Below are positions 1 through 12,652 of a DNA stretch of 64,000 nt, piece after piece. A program made the translations under genes and the position numbers. Location of the stretch: the NCBI RefSeq assembly GCF_009914755.1, contig NC_060930.1; one strand, given 5' to 3'. A model generated the notes under the pieces. The model did no database searches, had not been told where the DNA came from, and saw only the letters and a program-made list of their open reading frames with translations. The first letter of the stretch is position 1; each line of letters opens with the position of its first letter. The stretch is from the human T2T-CHM13v2.0 reference genome, Homo sapiens.

Positions 1-935
1 AAGTTACGGAAGGAGAGGAATTCAGTGAGAGGTGACTGGGCATAATTGAGAGAATATGTTGGAACTGGAGTGGGATGTGAGTGCTAGTTTTGCCGCTGAC
101 ATGGGATCTGGGATCAGTCACTCGGGTCTTCAAATGTGTTTTCTCATCACTGAAAGAGGGAAGAATGCTTACTGAGTTTATGTGGCCCATTTTGTTCTAA
201 AAGGATTTATGAAGATGAAATATGAGGGAATCTTTCAGCTCTAAAATTTTTAATTTTATAACTGTACCTTCATGTTCAGAGGAAATAAAAATTGAGCCTC
301 TACTTATTGTGGTTGTTTTTTGAAGGGTTAGACCTCTCTCTTCCCAACACCCTGTGTTACTATTCTCTCTTAATTTCAGTAAATGCTAAGCCCAAACTTC
401 TCACTCTACCTCACAGAGCAATCTCTTAGCTTCCATAGATAACCTTTCACAAAATTCAGTGTGAATTGGAGAGGGAATAATATTAAAACTATAAAAGGTT
501 GATTCTTGGCTACAGATCTATAGCTATATATTTATATCTATCATCTCTCTTTATATATATCACTCAGGCATTTAGTTGTAGATGAGGAAACATTAATCTG
601 CAACAGTAGTAAGAGACAATGATGTGATTCTCACAGATACCAAATTTGGCATGGTGGTGGTATTAGATTTGCCTCCTTGTGATGCAGTGATTAACAGATG
701 GCAGGAAAGGAGGCTGAGCAAGAAGGGAGGAAATTCAAAAACTGCCCCCAGTCGGGCCTTCCTGATGTGGAGGTCAGCTATCGGCCTGTGGGCAAGTGTT
801 CAGTTATTGGTCAGCTCAGTCTCAAAGCTGTGATTAGAAGCTTCCCTGATTTCATCAAGTAAGAACTTTGGTCACCGAGATGAGACTGATCAAGAATAAA
901 TACCATGTGCAGTCATTTCCTTCCTTTCTCTACAG

Positions 936-1146
936 CAAGCAAACTGAAAAGGATCCAGGCGTGCAGGAATTGGAAGCATTAATAGACACAATTCAGAAGC
1001 AACTGAAAGATCACTCATGCAAAGACAACATTCGTGAGGCATTTCAAATTTATGACAAGGAAGCTTCAGGATATGTGGACAGAGACATGTTCTTTAAAAT
1101 CTGTGAATCGCTTAACGTCCCAGTGGATGACTCCTTGGTTAAGGAG
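936..1146 (+). CDS. EFHC1: EFHC1 (myoclonin-1) penultimate coding exon, EF-hand region
   Basis: Acceptor ttcctttctctacag|C at 935/936 and donor GAG|gtcagt at 1146/1147. 211 nt (1 nt + 70 codons) encoding [20 protein letters not shown]...[20 protein letters not shown]...DDSLVKE, recognised as the EFHC1 C-terminal region. Confidence 0.96.
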
Positions 1147-2372
1147 GTCAGTATGAATTACTCTTCTGAGTTCATTGCAGAGGCTAGGCACTGATCATTC
1201 TTTCCTAAAGGCAATTGTGTGTGTATTTCACTACAACTGGGCCAGATTTAGGATGTTCAGATCAGATCTACTATTCTGTCCTGATTAGGTATTGCCCGTT
1301 GATTCTAGCATTGGTATTCTTTTCTAATTGCTGTTGCAGGGCATCTCTTTAAGTGGGCCTGGGGCTGGACAACACAGAGTGGTTAGTAGACCAACATGTC
1401 AGGACTGAAGAAGGGCAACAGAGACGATCCAGGAGGGGTGGCTACCAAGGGGAGACTCAAAGATAAGTTGATAGAGCAGACTGGTTGGCAGCCTTTGATA
1501 CCCTTCACAGCTGATACCTACACTGGCCCATCAGTAGGGTTAGCATGAAAGAAGGCATGACCACTGCAGGAGGGCTGTGGCATCTGTCAGTAGTGGTAGC
1601 ATGGCCAGCAGCTGATGGAGGAAGGGCATGGAAGTTTTCTTCCTTGAATTTTCATAAGTGAGTTGAAGGGGGACTTTCATGCCTTTTCTTCATTATAAAC
1701 CCTTTAGCCAGGGTTCCCTTGGAAGTCAGAACAAAGTCCCCCTGAGAAATGCCAAGGACTGTGGCTTATGATCATTGAGACATTCTTACTGATTAAAAAT
1801 ATTGAGATTCTGAGGCCTTTTTAAAGATCTTTTAGCCAAAACAGGTGTTCAGAATTTAAGAGTCATTTAGGAAAGGGTTTGGTTTAGGGCTAGTGACTAG
1901 GTTGGAGATGAGGATTTTTCATAGACAGAAACATTAGCAGGGAGTGAGTAGGAGGGCAGATAGAAGAGTATTTGTTCATGTGGACCAAACACACATTTAG
2001 CTCCCCAAATTTTAGGTTGACAGCATGCCCAACTTTTGATTTTCAAATTCTTCATACTGTCTGATGTGGGAACTGACATGGGAGAGAGGGATGGCAGTCA
2101 TTGGCAAGTGGAGCAGGGAAGTGGGGGTGGGACAGATTTGCACATCTTATAAAAATAACCACAGAAAATCAGTCTGTTACCAGTCACAGTCGAGTTTTAA
2201 GGGACACAGGTTGAGCAGTGGCATAACCAGACCCTTCCGTTAGGCTGTGGTAGCAAGAGCCTGCTATTTAAAAAGTCTTACTCCTCATGAGCTGAGTGGA
2301 CAGTCTTTTATTTGAATATAAAAACAACTAAAAGTGCTTTTATAAATATGGATGTTCTGAAATCTTGGGAAA

Positions 2373-2833
2373 TGTGGCAGACTGCCACGGTTACTTGAGA
2401 CATCTCTACGACAATTACTACTGTTACTACTTGAGACCGTCATTACGAGAGTTAACGAAGGAAGATGAAAGCAGAAATGAAAACTTAAAACAAAAGTAAC
2501 TATTTTAAAGGAAGGGAAAGAAGAGAGCTCCCTGCTTCTAGTGAGCAAAGGCAACCGCCCGAGCTGCTACAGCCCTTCATATTTATTGGGTAGAAAGAGC
2601 AGGGATTAATTGATCACAGGTTCACATTATTGCTAACAGGCTTCAGATGTGTCTAATCACAAGAAACACTTGTGCCTGGGTCGTGACTGCCTTCAGCGTT
2701 CCTTCTGGGCAGCAGACGCAGTTTGTCAGTTTGCCAACATCCTGCTTTCATGAGAAACAGTTTACTGTTTACTCATAGAGCCTCCAGTGGTATACTGAGT
2801 TGATCATGACGCTCATTCTTTCGGCCTTCAACA
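2373..2833 (-). mobile_element. Solo ERV LTR, probably LTR3-type (HERV-K HML-6)
   Basis: 461 bp. Minus strand begins TGTTGAAGGCCGAAAGAATGAG and ends CTGCCACA. Flanks GGGAAA (2367-2372) and GGGAAG (2834-2839) form a 6-bp TSD with one mismatch. Family name from recall. Confidence 0.75.
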
Positions 2834-3061
2834 GGGAAGGTCATTTACTCCATCCAGCTTTGGTTTCATTAAGTGTAAGATGGGGATAATGTCTGTCCTA
2901 CCTGCCAGGTTCACAGGATCATTTCAGAATCAACTTGAGGATACAAAAATTCTGAACTGATTTACAAAGGCTCGGGATCATTATGCATAAGCGCACTCTG
3001 CAGTTGAGCTGACGGAAGCCCTGCAGATCTGTCTCACCTATTCTCTTTGCTCTCTCTGCAG

Positions 3062-3133
3062 TTAATCAGGATGTGCTCTCATGGAGAAGGCAAAATTAAC
3101 TACTATAACTTTGTTCGTGCTTTCTCAAACTGA
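3062..3133 (+). CDS. EFHC1: EFHC1 last coding exon ([23 protein letters not shown])
   Basis: Polypyrimidine tract + ctgcag acceptor ending at 3061. Phase 0 matches the previous donor. TGA at 3131-3133. Confidence 0.96.
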   Translation, partial: LIRMCSHGEGKINYYNFVRAFSN

Positions 3134-3331
3134 CCTGCTGATGAGAAAATGCAAGACAATTTTTGATACTGGAACTATGCTTTGAAATACACCTTACACT
3201 CTTCATAGAGGCATTTACAGGGTTCCTGAAGTTTTATTTCTGTTTTGGTTCTTATTTCACTCCTACTGAAGTCGAAACTAAATTGGATCTAATAGGATCT
3301 AAGATTGGTGCCTTATTTAGGGTGATAGGGG

Positions 3332-4134
3332 TATAGCAATGTCTAATTTTGTGTGTCAAATTGACTTGGCCACAGGGGGCCCAAATATTTCCTTTCTTTC
3401 TTTTTAAAAAAATAAATTTTTTTAGAGATGGGATCTCACTCTGTCATACAGGCTGGAGTGTGGTGGCACTATCCTAGTTCTATGAAGCCTCAGACTCCTG
3501 GGCTCAAGTGATCCTCCCACTTCAACCTCCCCAGTAGCTGGGACAACAGGCTCAAGCCACCATGCCCAGCTAATTTTTAAAATTATTTTGTAGAGACAAG
3601 GTCTTGCTAGGTTGCCTGAACTTGTCTCAAACTCATGAGCTCCAGAAATTCTCCCACCTCAGCCTCCAAAAGTGCTGGGATTATAGGCATGAGCCACTGT
3701 GCCCAGCCTCAGATATTTCATTATTCTGGGGGTTTCTCTGAAGGTATTTTTCGATGAGATAAACATTTGAATCAGAAGACTAAGTAAAACAGATAGTCCT
3801 CCCTAATGTGGGTGGGCCTCCTCCAATCATTTGAAGACATGAGTAGAATAAAAAGGCTGACCTTTCCCCAGGTAAGAGAATTCCTCCTGCCTGACTGGCT
3901 TCAAATTGGAACATCAGCCTTTTCTTGCCTTCAGACACAAATGGAAACATCAGCTGTTGGTCTGGAGCCTGCTGACCTTCAGACTGGACCTAAACCATCA
4001 GCTCTCCTAAGTCTTAGGCCTTTGGATTCAGACTGGAATTATACCTTTAGCTCTCCTGGGTCTCCAGCTTGCCAATTTACCCTGCAGATCTTGGGACTTG
4101 TAAGCCTTCATAATTGTGTGAGCAATTTCTTATA
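3332..4134 (+). mobile_element. MLT2-type (ERVL) LTR interrupted by an Alu
   Basis: Typical MLT2 motifs (taattttgtgtgtcaaattgac...; ctccctaatgtgggtgggcctc...; gggtctccagcttgc...; cataattgtgtgagcaatttctt). Confidence 0.75.
3392..3708 (-). mobile_element. Alu (AluJ-like), full length
   Basis: Reverse-complement Alu, both arms; approximate TSD ca(a/g)atatttc on both sides. Confidence 0.92.
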
Positions 4135-4154
4135 ACTCTCTCTTTCTCTCTCTC

Positions 4155-4198
<44 letters not shown>

Positions 4199-4289
4199 AT
4201 ATGTACACATTCATACACACACACGCTTATATGTATACATATAGTATGTATATGTGTATATATATTATGTATATACATATATGTGCACA
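4135..4289. repeat. (TC)n(TA)n microsatellite and TA/CA-rich low-complexity tract
   Basis: Direct inspection: about 19 TA units followed by degenerate TA/TG/CA repeats. Confidence 0.95.
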
Positions 4290-4476
<187 letters not shown>

Positions 4477-4911
4477 GGTTAGAAAAATGCTGCTTTTAGA
4501 GAGCCTGGCCTTGAGAGAGGAAGGAAAGACTAGTTGCAGTTACTATTCTCTGGTGAGCTCTGACTGGCTTTTTACAAACAGGGCTTCTCTTTGGTTGAAG
4601 TCAGCCACTAAGTTCATCTTTAAACATGCTATCTCAAATTCCCCGAAGCCACCCAAAATGTGGTATGAATGAGGATAGAGTTACACAGAATTCAGACTGC
4701 TTTGCCCTCTCAGAACTTCTAGGGAACTTCCCTTGGTGTTTCCTTCCCTAACGAGCTCAGCCACTTGTAACCAGCTTATTGAAAGGGCTGTGAATGTATT
4801 ATGTTGATTCCTTTTCTGTTCCAGGTTATTATCTTGGGAATAACCCATGTTTTGTTTTGTTTTACCCTCAGTCGCTCATAACTATTTAAAACAGTATCTC
4901 ACTTTCAAGTA

Positions 4912-5057
4912 CAGATGCTCCTCTACTTATGGGGCTATGTCTCAATAAACTCACGTAAGTAAAAAATATCACAAGTTGAAAACACATTTAATAACCCTGA
5001 TAAGCCCATTGTAAAGTAGGCAAATAAGTTGGACCATTGAAAGTTGGGGACTATCTG
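4912..5057 (+). mobile_element. Tigger-family MITE (MER47-like), internally deleted
   Basis: TA|CAGATGCTCC...GGGGACTATCTG|TA: terminal inverted repeats with TA TSD. Confidence 0.7.
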
Positions 5058-5393
5058 TATTTTAGAAGTTTTTTCAGCTTAAAAATTACCAAGCTCTATC
5101 CTACTTGGCCCAGCTCAGTCCTTCCCCCAGGCTTAGAAGCCTGTGGTAAAGAGTGTGTGTATACTGGGGTGATGATAGTGGTTTCTTCTTACTCCCTTCT
5201 TTCTGTCTTCTGCTCCCTTTGTTCCTATTCAGCCATGCTGCTGTTTCTAGCCCATGTAGGCTCTGGGAAAGGTTAAGCGGGTAGAAACCAGAGAAAAAGG
5301 GCAAAGTCTTATTTCTGTGGCTAGTAATGTCGTAATGTGGGGCCAGGTCTGAGTGACATGTGCCGAAAGGCTGACTCTTTCTCCCAGAGCACC

Positions 5394-5791
5394 TTTTCTC
5401 TCTTTTTGGATTCAGGGGGTACATGTGCAGGTTTGTTACATGAGTATATTGCACCCAGGTAGTGAGCATAGTGCCCAGTAAGTAGTTTTTCCACACATAC
5501 CCCCTCCTTCCCTTCCCACTCTGGTAGTCCCCAGTGTCTATTGTTCCCATCATTATGTCTATGTGTATTCAATGTTTAGCTCCCACTTAGAAGTAAGAAC
5601 ATGCAATATTTGGTTTCCTATTCCTGCATCAATTCACTTTAGGATAATGGCCTCCAGCTGCATCCATGTTGCTGCAGAATACATGATTTCATTTTTTATG
5701 GCTGCGTAGTATTCCATGGTGTAGATATACTTCATTTAAAAAATCTAATCCACCATTGATTGGCACCTAGGTTGATTCCATGTCCTTTGCT
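5394..5791 (-). mobile_element. L1 3' end (older L1PA type), 5'-truncated
   Basis: Reverse L1 3' UTR (gggggtacatgtgcaggtttgttacat...agctcccactt...ggcctccagctgcatccatgttgctgca); possible TSD cagagc(a/c)cc. Confidence 0.88.
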
Positions 5792-6388
5792 CAGAGCCCC
5801 GTTTTGGTGAGTTCTTAGAACTCTTTCCAACCGGAAACTGCCCAGTGCACCACTCTCAGATGGACGGGACCCAGTCTGTACCTGATCACCCCGGCTCTAA
5901 TGGTATGGTCTCCAAGGCTCCTTCTGATCTTCCCAGGAGGCCCTTTCAGGCTGACACACCTTCCAGGGTGTGCACTCTCGCCATGTTCTCACCCAGATGG
6001 CTCTCTTGGCTGTGTAATTAGGCAGCTCAATCCCTTTCCTTTAGACTGTTTCAGGGGAGAACCAGGTACCCCAAATCTTATGCTCTCCAAACTCCAGGGG
6101 ACAGACACATGTCAAACCCTGAGTCTTTTAAAGTATACCCTCACTTAGCTTGCAGACCCAAGGCACTCCAGCCCCTTTCAAGAAGCTTGCACTTTCTGAT
6201 ATTTTCTCCATCACTCTTGCCTCCTGTGGTAGAGGAGCTTTGGGCTACTCCTTAACAAATCATTCATGGATCGGCAGCAAATCTGCAACATATGGAAATA
6301 TTTGCCAATTTTTGTCCTCAGCTTTGGGTCTCAGCCAAAATGGAGATTTAGGAAAGTCTCATTTAGCATCCTCTAGCCTGCTTTTGGC

Positions 6389-6545
6389 TGTTTTGTTTTG
6401 TTTTTGTGTTTGTTTTTTAGAGACAGGGTCTTACTCTGTTGCCAGACTGGAATGCGGTGGTGTGACCATAGCTCACTGCAGCCTCAAACTCCTGGGCTCA
6501 TGCAATCCTCCTGCCTCAGCCTTCTGAGTAGCTAGGCCTGTAGTC
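6389..6545 (-). mobile_element. Partial Alu (AluJ-like right arm)
   Basis: T-rich tail + agacagggtcttactctgttgcc...cctcagccttctgagtagct. Confidence 0.88.
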
Positions 6546-6563
6546 TCAGAGGGAACTGCCTTC

Positions 6564-6569
6564 AATAAA
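6564..6569 (+). terminator. EFHC1: Candidate EFHC1 poly(A) signal
   Basis: AATAAA in unique sequence followed by a GT/T-rich stretch (gtttgctgtccacttctt) ~30 nt downstream. Confidence 0.6.
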
Positions 6570-7007
6570 GTTGGCACTGTCCACATACACTCCTTAAGTT
6601 TGCTGTCCACTTCTTGCCTTGCATCTCCTTTTAAGTTTACTTAAGACTGAGAAGCTGAGATCTGACAGCACCAACACAAGGTATAAAAGAGATTTCATGA
6701 AAGACCAAAGCCAGCAGGCCATTTCTGTGGTGTCCAAACACTCGCTGCTCACCTGTTTATACAAAGCAGCAAGTATAGGAGCCACAAACGTCAGAGCAAA
6801 TCACTTTTTCTACTAAAATCCTGAATGGCAGTGCAGCCATTAGATGTCACTAATTACCTTATGCTACAGTCATAGCTGGCATGCATCTGGAGTGTCAGGT
6901 TCAGGTGGTGGAAGGGAGCTGAGCATTACCCTGTAGCAAGCAATATTGTAGGAAGCAGAAATGATCATCACTTCAAACTGGCCACCAGGGAGTTGAAAGA
7001 TTCTAAT

Positions 7008-7038
7008 ACACACACACACCCACACACACACACACACA
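7008..7038. repeat. (CA)n microsatellite
   Basis: Direct inspection; one interruption. Confidence 0.95.
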
Positions 7039-7963
7039 AAGAGAGAATGAGAATTATTAAGATTAGCACTGGTAGCTGAAGCTATCAGGTCTAACTGAAG
7101 CATTTGACTAAGACTGCTTATAGTGCTTACGGCTTTGGGACTAATAAAAATCTGCCTTGCGGGTAAAGATGGGCTGTGAGTTAGCCACTACTCAGAAACC
7201 TGGGCCTGTACCTTGTCTGCACCATCAGGGGGCCTTGAAAATACCATCCAATTAAGGTGTATCAAATCCATATCTATAGGCTTTGAGGGTATTTGGGACA
7301 CATAGGTAGAGAAGACGTCTCTAAATGTTGTCCAGAGAATCCACTTGGTTAAGTGACTCCTGAGTATCCTGCTGGCACATAAGTTCATTTTAAAAAGCCA
7401 ATATGAGTGCTTTATATGTACCATGAACTTAGCATTCAGTATCTCTAAATCTCTCACCATGACTCCCCACAAAACATGAAACCCTTTTGACACAGATGCA
7501 CAAAAAGACTCGGAAGGGTTAACTGCTTGAGTTCACCTAGCTTCTCATGGCAGAGCAGGACCCAACTCTACAATGAAGCTTGCCATGCATCAGAACCACT
7601 CACCTTCACCTCAAGCAAACATTTCCTCTTTCTCACACCCCATGGGTGTCCTTGACTAACTGCCACCTGTAACTGCACTCATCTTTTGAGATCTTTTTCC
7701 AAAGAAAGATGGTTCTGGTAAACACAGCAAGCAGCTACAGCCAACAGCAGCCATGTAAGTGACACCAGCAATCCCCACTATTACTAATACTTGGATGTCT
7801 TCTAGTCAGCACCAACATATTTGTTGGCCTTTACACAAACGAAACCCCATTTCCTCCAAGCTAAATAACATCATAGTATAGTAGGCATCAAGGATGATGT
7901 GCTTGTTTCTGGAGCTTCCTACCCACAAACCCCATGTTAAGAAAACCTCTTTTCCACTTTACT

Positions 7964-7981
7964 ATTAAAGAGTCAAATAAA
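7964..7981 (+). terminator. EFHC1: Candidate distal EFHC1 poly(A) signals (ATTAAA + AATAAA)
   Basis: ATTAAA 7964-7969 and AATAAA 7976-7981 in tandem; the last + strand signals before the TRAM2 3' end. Confidence 0.55.
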
Positions 7982-8232
7982 AATGATGCTTATTGCTATC
8001 CAGCACTTGACATAACTGACTCTCCATCCTTAATTCCCTAATTCATATCACAATGGACAAATACGGGTCAAAATATATAAGAAATGACTAATATAGTGAA
8101 AAATAATAGACATGAGGGCTAAAATTCATTGCAAACTCCTTTAAGCAAACGTAAACATCCACGTTAAAAGCATCACTGTATAAAAGCACGTCAAGGAAAT
8201 AATTATGAGACAATTCTGATAATTTTCTGCCT

Positions 8233-8238
8233 TTTATT
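8233..8238 (-). terminator. TRAM2: TRAM2 distal poly(A) signal AATAAA
   Basis: Plus-strand TTTATT with upstream UGUA motifs and U-rich downstream sequence on the minus strand. Confidence 0.8.
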
Positions 8239-11200
8239 GTTATTTCAGAAAATATTTGATCATTTGTTCCAAAATGTACATTTAAAAAATCCATACAAAA
8301 CTGTAATTTGTTTTAAAACCAGACAGAAACAGTGGAAAAATGATTTTGAAAAAAAGTTCACCAAAAGCAAAAAGACACCCCTCCCCCCAACCCTTTTTTA
8401 CATGAAAGCATAAATACGACAGGTACAAATTTTCCTTGAGTTCCTTGTTGAAATTTGGTCCATATGAACAGGCTAGAGTAGAAAACAGACACTTTGTCCA
8501 CATTTGCATTATCAGTTGCTCAGGGCACCAGCAGCCTTAGTTCATCCTTCAGATGTTTTTTTAAACAGAGGAACCGAAAAATGAGGTTTACAGTCTCATC
8601 ACATGAACACTCAAATCTGTACCCAAGGAAACAGCGGTATTATATTTACTGTCACAGCTAGACCCTATCAGGTGAACAGGGCTCTCCACCTGCGGCTGTT
8701 GCTTCGCAAAATATCCTTCCTCTCCACGTGAACAAGTAGCTCTAGAGTGCTTTTAGGCAGAGTGACGGTGATGTCATGGGCACCACGCCAATCTTATTCC
8801 TGGACAATGACTTAAGCCCCATCGTGAGAATGGTTTTTTCCTCTTCAACACATTTTTTAAAAATAGACCTCTAAGATGTTGCTACATGTTCTAAAAGAGT
8901 GCCACAGAAACCCACCCAGGATCACAAGAATGACAACAAAAGGAAAGTGGCTATTTCTTGTGTAAGGGATGACGACTCCCCCTCCCATGGGTCCCATTTC
9001 TCCCCCAGTTGCAGGTGTTTTAAGGGACAGAAAGGCTGTGGAAAGGACCACTGGCTGGGAGAGTTATTGCACAACCCGGAAGAGTGAGAAAAACGTGGGC
9101 GGGCAAGGGGTAGGGGAGAGGGTTGCTGCGACTAAAACAAGGTAACACTGAATTAGGAGCTCGAACAGTTCTGCAACAGTCAGACATGTATGTGTTTATG
9201 TGTTAGCACTTGGAGACTGGGAAGTAAAAGTAAACACCTTTATCATATAAACTTTGGGCTGAATGGGAAGCAAAATAGACCAAAAGAGGTTACGGCAAGT
9301 GGGCCTTTTAAAAAAAATCTGGGGGTGGGGAAAATAACGGAGAAGGAGTTTGCTATGTGGGGCCAGAGGAGAGTTTTCGAAGTGGGGGCTGGAAGCTCTG
9401 GGCTTCTCTTAATAGGTATGCTTGTGGTTGGGCCACCTCACAGACTTCCACAGCCACCCAGCTGGGCCAGAAGAGAACTGACACAAGGGAGAAACCAAAA
9501 ACAAAACAGAACACACCACAGACCCTAATCCTGGGCAGCGGGGTTAGAAACAAATGGGGTGAAACTGTCACAATCCGTGTCCCTTTTATATATAACTATA
9601 CTGAGGTATGGTGTCCTTGGCTGCCGTCGAGCCCTGGCAACTGGGGGCTGGCCACGGAGTACAAGTTGAAAACCACACAGCAAAGTAAGGCACTTATTCT
9701 CACACACAGGCGCACGCACGCAATCTGCTTGGGACAAAAAGCCTACAGGGGTTGCCAAGCACGAAAGGCTACATGGAGACTGCAAATCCCAATGCTCGTC
9801 TTTATAGCTCTGCCACTCCAGGGAACTCCATAAAAGAATGAGGCAGTTTTCACTGGGGAGAACTGGTCTTCAGCCTTTGCAAGGTGGAGCTAACACTCAT
9901 GTGAGTAGTGGGGTAGAGTGAGAAGTTGGTAAAGTCTTCCTCACTGGGACAACCTTGAGCTGGAGAGAGATCCTATTTAGGTTTTCCAGTCATCTGACAA
10001 TGACCTAATCCTCCAATAATCCTGAAAATCCTCTCCTGAGAAAAGGAACCATAAGCTCGGAAGGCAGAGTGAGGGAGGAAGAGCACTCCATTGTCTTGAC
10101 TCAAAAGCTTTCAGCACTCCCTCTGTTAGAGGAGAGAGCTTAGAACATCAAGAATTGAAGTTTGTGCACTTGTGCCATAGGCCCTTAAGCAAAAGAATTA
10201 GTTATGTGCAGACTTCCCTACCTCTCACACCAGGCCTAGAAAAACCAACTAGGAAGGCTGAAGCATACAAAGGAAACCCAAGCAAAGGCCTTTTCTAGGC
10301 ACAAGGGGGTCGGCAACCCACTTCCAATTAAAGCATCCATGGAAGATAAGAATTTTGTTGTGGAATCCTGGGAGGAGATGCACTCTTTCACCCAACCTCT
10401 TATTAGCTGCTTAGAAAAAAGAAGGGGTACTGACAAAGGAGGTCCCAAAAGAGACCCCAGAAGCACACACCCACCCCAAGCTTCAGGGGTTCTTAGGGTC
10501 CCAGGGTTTCCGGTCAAGAGAAGGATCTGTGAACGTGGCCAGGGCAGAGGTGTCTATTGGGGTTTCTTAAATGTTGGGAAGTTATGCCTTGGGACATGAA
10601 CAGACAAGTTTCTCAGCAACCATTTCGGTCTGGTGGCCCAGACACACATGGGATTAGAACTGACTCAAAAGGGAGGACAGCAGATCCCCCGCCGGCTCAG
10701 CCTGCTCCCCTCTCACCCAGAACCATCCCCTACCTTCAAAAGGAACACATGCAATTTATTAATAGTGCAGCTATCAGCGCCCGGATGGTAAAAATAACTC
10801 CCATCATCACTGCACCTCCAAGGAGGGGAGCGGGTAGCACAGATCCTTGGTCCACCAGCGCCACCTCCCTCTCCTCCTGCTGTGTCTGTTGGCTTCCCCA
10901 CAAATGTAAGTTAGTTAGCCAGGGCTGTCGAGAGGCCACAGTTGCTGGGGTAGGTTTACGTCTTTTCTCCTGCTCTTGGTGCATGGTGCTGAGCTCTCAA
11001 GCTTGGAGGTGTCTGGCAGAGCCTTCACAAATGGCTTGGCACTTTGGGGCAGGAGAGAATGCATAAAACTGAAGAAAACAGCCAAAGTGGCCAAAATTAG
11101 AACAAGCTAGCCCAACACGCTCATAGGATGAAGTGGAATTATTTCAGCTCTGGCAACACAGTCTGTGTCAACCTGCCACAGACTTGGCTCTGCTGTGAAA

Positions 11201-12170
11201 TAAACGTGCCAGGGAGGGTGGCAGGGGGAGGGGGGTGACAAAGTACCCTACAACTACCCTCTAACCACCCCCCCCAAACATCCCTGAAGCCCAGGCTGGC
11301 AAGATGCCAGCCCCACTCATGGTCTCAGGGTTTTTGTTTTTTTTTTTTTTTTTTACATAAAATAAACCCTTAGCACACCCGTCCACTGGGAAGCAGAGCC
11401 TAAGCTGACCCCGGCCACTGGGCTGGTGGGACCACATCCAAGGCATGAAGTACTGGCAGCACGGGGAGCTTGCAAGAGACAGGGACATGAAGTTGTGGCG
11501 TCTCTGGCACGCAAGTGTCCTGGGACAGAGCAATGGAAACCTACAGGCATGAGAATGAGGGTTGCTTGATGGCAAGATTTCAGCTGCTCTGCTCACACTA
11601 CCTCTCCAGCAACTGGCACAACGCAGGCACCTGGCACATCCCAGCATGCCATACATATCTGTTGAAGCCACAACTCAACAGTTTAACCTGGACTCACCTG
11701 AGAGAGGCCTCCTGCATGTGAAGCCCTGCCAATGACACAGCCTGGAGAGCACCTAGGATGGGTGTTCTCTAATGGGGGAGGAAGGTGGGCTTAGGAGGCT
11801 GCTGGCTGAACATGCGATTTGCAGTTATTAGGCAAGGTGGGGGGCCTGAACTCAATTATAGACTCTGTCAGGGCTGTTTGACTAAAGTGGCTAAGGGATC
11901 CCATATCAGGTCTGCTGTGTTGAAACCAAACTGCCCTTTTACCAACGTTTCTGCTGTGCAGCCCAGAGAAGTGTCAGGGAAGGAGAGGGAGAAATGGGAG
12001 AAATACATATTTTCAAAAACACTGTCTCACTTCCTAAGGGTAATCAAAAGCAACCACGGGTAGCTCTTCCCATTTCTGCAACCTTATCGTAGAGAGGGAT
12101 GAAGGCCTCCAATGGCGTTAGGAAACAAATCCCTCAGTTACTGGGAAGCTAAAATTTATCTATGATGTAA

Positions 12171-12652
<482 letters not shown>

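Noticed and set aside
868-1194. 108-aa ORF as an independent gene
   Set aside because: It is the EFHC1 exon (936-1146) plus open intronic flanks and has a non-ATG start.
6979-6996. CTCF-like TGGCCACCAGGGAG between the two genes
   Set aside because: The 3' half (GGCGC) is missing; too weak without ChIP data.
11337-11354. A18 run in TRAM2 mRNA as a poly(A) site
   Set aside because: Genome-encoded A tract with no upstream minus-strand AATAAA; likely to cause internal oligo-dT priming artefacts.
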